Shown: piece after piece, positions 60,471 to 64,000 of the stretch
Layout: the number at the start of each line of letters is the position of its first letter
Numbering within the stretch: position 1 is the first letter of the stretch
DNA from: Malacoraja senta
Lineage: Eukaryota
Length of the DNA stretch: 64,000 nt
Assembly: GCA_038087875.1 (NCBI GenBank)
Contig: CM075988.1
Location: 19,594,001 to 19,658,000, forward strand
Direction of reading: 5' to 3'
Program-made: the position numbers and the translations under genes
Notes under the pieces: model-generated
Told to the model about the DNA's origin: nothing
Database searches by the model: none
Seen by the model: the letters and a program-made list of their open reading frames with translations, nothing else

Positions 60471-61011
60471 CTTGACCTCTTTTAAATGTATGACACCAGC
60501 CTGCTACATTTTAAAATATTTTTTAATTAACCAGGAAAGGGGTGGATCAGAATAACAGCTAATTATGAGCAATTTTACAATATTGCGCGGTTGAGATCTA
60601 CCCCAGTGGCTTTGGAACGAGAGAGAAATGGCATTGAAAGGAAAAAAACAAAGGCTGATAGCACTTCATTAAATGTTCACAGAATCAGTTCATAAATATT
60701 AGCTTCCTGTAATTATGCAGTAACAAGCACTTTCCTTATAAGCACTCAAGAGTATTGGCTAGCAAATTACTTTATTGATCCACTTTGCACAGAATCGAAT
60801 TATAGGAAGTTAAACTGCCTGTTATTGAGTTGCAGACAATGCATCACTTTGCATTGCTAATAATTTGATTTATAGCAACATGGCTTTCCAATCAATGCCA
60901 GGGTCGAGGTGAAAGGTGCTGTCCATTCCTGCTAGGAGATTCATTTTCCTCCATGGGTATTTTGTTGCCATGGAGTTGAAATCTATGAACTTACTGAATT
61001 CACCCTGACTG

Positions 61012-61325
61012 GGCGGCACAGTGGCACAGCTGGTAGAGCTGCTGCCTCACAGCACCAGAGAGACCCTGGTTTGGTCCTGACCTTGGGTGCTCTCTGTGTG
61101 AAGTTTGTACCTTCTCCCTGGGACCACATGGGTTTCCTCTGGGTGCACCTGTTTCCACCAACATCCCAAAGATGTGTGGGTTTGTAGGTTAACTGGCTGT
61201 TTTATAATAGCCCCAAGTGTGTATGGAGTGGATGTAAAAGTGGGATAACATAAACCCAGTGTGAACGGATGAGTGAAGCTCGGCATTGACTCGTTTGGCT
61301 GTAAGGCCAGTTTCCATGCTGTTTA
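61012..61325 (+). mobile_element. V-SINE (older subfamily)
   Basis: GGGCGGCACAGTGGCACAGCTGG head and V-core. Confidence 0.82.
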
Positions 61326-61479
61326 TCTTTCTTACAATTCCTTCACTCAGGCAGAAGCGATCAGTGAGTAGGAGCTAGCCAAGTTAGAACTGCACAATGA
61401 TTCATAAGCCCTTGCACATGAGTGGAGATTTTAAGGTTGCAAAGCTGAACAGCAGAAATTAGGCTGGGAATTTAGGATT

Positions 61480-62000
61480 AGATGTAAATTTATTATTGTC
61501 ATGTGTACCAAGATAGAGTGAAAATGCTTTTACTTGCGTGTTATGCAATCAAATCACTTAATACTATACATGATTACAATTAAGTCAAACACAAGTACAC
61601 TACATAGAGCAAAGGGAAAAAATACCAGAGTGCAGAATATAGTTTCTCAGCACTGCAGCGTAAAAGTTACAGAGAAAAAATATCCAACGTCTACAATGAG
61701 GTTGTTTAGAAAATCGGGACTTAAAACTGTTTTATGGAAGGACCATTCAGAAGTCTGATAACGCAGGGGGGAAAGCTGTTCCTGAGCCTGGAGGTACGTG
61801 CTTTCAAGTTTTTGTATCTTCTGTCCGATGGGAGAGAAGGAAAAACCAGGGTGGAAAAGGTCCTTGAATTTGTTGGCTGCTTTCCCAAGGCAGCATGAAG
61901 TGGTAATGGTAGAGAGACTGGTCTTTATGACGGACTGAGCTACATCCAGAACTCTGCAATTTCTTGTGCTCTTGAGCAGAGCGGTTCCCAAACCAAGTTA
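61480..62000 (-). mobile_element. REX1/Babar 3' fragment
   Basis: CCLGKAANKFKDLFHPG motif and a GACAATAA tail on the minus strand. Confidence 0.75.
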
Positions 62001-62391
62001 AATCTTGTTAACTATTTATATTAGCTTTAACGTTTTAAATTATTTAAATTTTTTTGAAGTGTTTGGAAGTAGTTTGCTATTTGCTTCTAAATTTTTAATA
62101 GTATTATTTTTAATATGCACCTGTTATTTCAATTGTTACAAGATTATCAATATTTCTGACTGTCAGATGAATCCAAAGAGATTCAAAAAGACAAGGGGAT
62201 TAAATATCGGCACAGCAGAGTTCCTGATTCTTCTGTCAAAGTATCTCTGCCTGTTTGTGGGTGGGTGTGTCTGGATCACACCAAGTAGAGTCCTACAGGC
62301 ATGTAGAGCTTCACCAGGAAGTTCTTAAAGCTTATCGTTGTCCAGAGAGATAGGATTGTCAAGAGAGTCAAGAGTGTTCTTTATTGTCACA

Positions 62392-62587
62392 CTAGACCAA
62401 GTGGGACCCGTTGGGTCCCTGTCACATGGGAGGCCTGGTCCCCCAACGCAACCCTTTCCCCAACGCAATATTGCACCATCAACCCGTAACCCCCAGGGGC
62501 GAGGCGTGTTCCCCCAACTGAACCCGTTCCCGAACATAAGATCCCAGCACTCCCCTGCCTCCCTCAGCAGTGGACTTAAAATAAAAT
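62392..62587 (-). mobile_element. Helitron 3'-terminal fragment
   Basis: A|CTAGACCAAGTGGGACCCGTTGGGTCCC with a perfect 7-bp-stem hairpin, same terminus as the other Helitrons. The 5' part is missing and it abuts a CR1 RT fragment. Confidence 0.8.
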
Positions 62588-62790
62588 TCCCATGCGATCT
62601 AACCTTCCAAAGCAGCCTACCATGTGGAACCTTGTCAAATGCCTTACTGACATCCATGTATACAACATCTATAACTGCCCTCGTCGACCTTTTTGGTCAC
62701 GTCTTCAAAAAAATCAATCAGATTTGTGAGACACGACCTCCCACATCTAAAACCATGCTGACTATCCCTAATCAGCCCTTGCCTGTCCTT
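62588..62790 (-). mobile_element. CR1 reverse-transcriptase internal fragment
   Basis: MDVSKAFDKVPHGRLLWKVRSHG, an RT motif. Confidence 0.85.
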
Positions 62791-63647
62791 ATTTGGAGGT
62801 TGCAGTTTAATAGCCTGATAGCTGTGGGGATGTAGCTGTTCCTGAACCTGAATGTTAGTTTTCCAGTTTTCAATACAATTGTCCCTAATGCCTCTGAACG
62901 TGCTTGTCTCCAGCAGAGAGTGCTAGCCGCTGTGGCTCAACCCATAGACCGGAGAATCCAGTCTGAAGAAGGGTCCCGACCCAATGCGCCACGTATTCAA
63001 GTTCTCCAGGGATTCTTCCTGACCGGCTGAGTTACTCCAGCACCGTCAGCTTCTGTGTTCAGCAAATCCTGATGCCAAGACTGAAATGTAAATCATCTTT
63101 GATTGCAGGCATGAAGAGGGAAGAGAAATACTGACCTTTCCATCACAGGTCATTTCTTGAATATAACGTAGGCAAATATTGTCCAAATGTTTATGTAAAT
63201 TGGTGCCCATTACGTGAGGTATAGCAACATTGCTTTCGGTGACTTTGAATCGAGGCCAAGTCTAACAGAGAGACTGAATTGCAAATCCTCCCATCATTAA
63301 GCCTCCCCAGCACCAAGACCCCTCACCCTGACATATATATACTCAGTTCTCAGATAAATGTGCACTGAACTTTAGGATCCTTTGAAATTGAAATATCTAA
63401 GGTGACGGCTGAGGCTGTGGATACTCCAGTGACCCACCTCCCACCACAGCACTATGGCTTTTCTGCTTACTCATGCTGATTGGGAGGAGGAGAACTGCAG
63501 TGCCCATCTGCACTTCAAACATTTGATGTGTCTTGTCCTTCTCCACTGCACGACTTTCAGAGCCACAATTCACCTCCTGTGAAGCAGACATTAACTCTGT
63601 GGAAGTCTCTCATGTCTCACGGCCGTTTCTCTTACATTCCATCAAAT

Positions 63648-63946
63648 TTAGTTTTCGTTTAGTTTAGTTGTGAGATAATGCGCGGAAACAGGCAATTTGG
63701 CCCACCGAGTCCGCACCGCCCGCACACTAACGCTATCCTGCACACAGCAGGGACAATTTATAATTATACCAGGCCAATGAACCCACAAACCCATACATCT
63801 TTGGAGTGTGGAAGGAAACCGGATATCCCAGAGAAACCCCACGCAGGTCACGTGGAGAACGTACAAACTTCGTACAGACAAGTACCCGAGCCCGGGTCTC
63901 TGGCGCTGTAAGGCAGAAACTCTATCGCTGTGCCACCGTGCTGCCC
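63648..63946 (-). mobile_element. V-SINE
   Basis: Head at ~63945, V-core and tail on the minus strand. Confidence 0.85.
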
Positions 63947-64000
63947 AATATTAAATAATAATTAAATATTAAATCTTTAATGCCCACAGCCCTTCACTAT

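Noticed and set aside
62325..62835. 110-aa and 165-aa ORFs as intact genes
   Set aside because: Chimeric read-through of a CR1 RT fragment into a Helitron end.

Overview
Repeat-dense vertebrate DNA, most likely a skate or ray. The taxon is inferred from abundant HE1/V-SINEs and their partner CR1 (HER1-like) LINE. No host protein-coding exon could be supported; the window looks like a large intron or gene desert. Most of it is interspersed repeats: about 19 tRNA-derived V-SINEs, about 30 CR1 fragments, REX1/Babar, L2 and Tx1 tails, and Penelope-derived fold-back elements carrying minimal hammerhead-ribozyme cores. DNA elements include a full-length Tc1 (Passport-like, IR/DR) transposon with only two ORF-breaking lesions, four non-autonomous Helitron units (one nested in another), and PIF/Harbinger-, P- and hAT-like MITEs. 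There is also a modular GC-rich retroposon family that appears to swap LINE tails. Repeat-free islands rich in TCF/SOX/homeobox motifs are candidate enhancers. One 200-N gap lies at 9398-9597. Coordinates of degraded fragments are approximate and family names come from recognition, not database searches.
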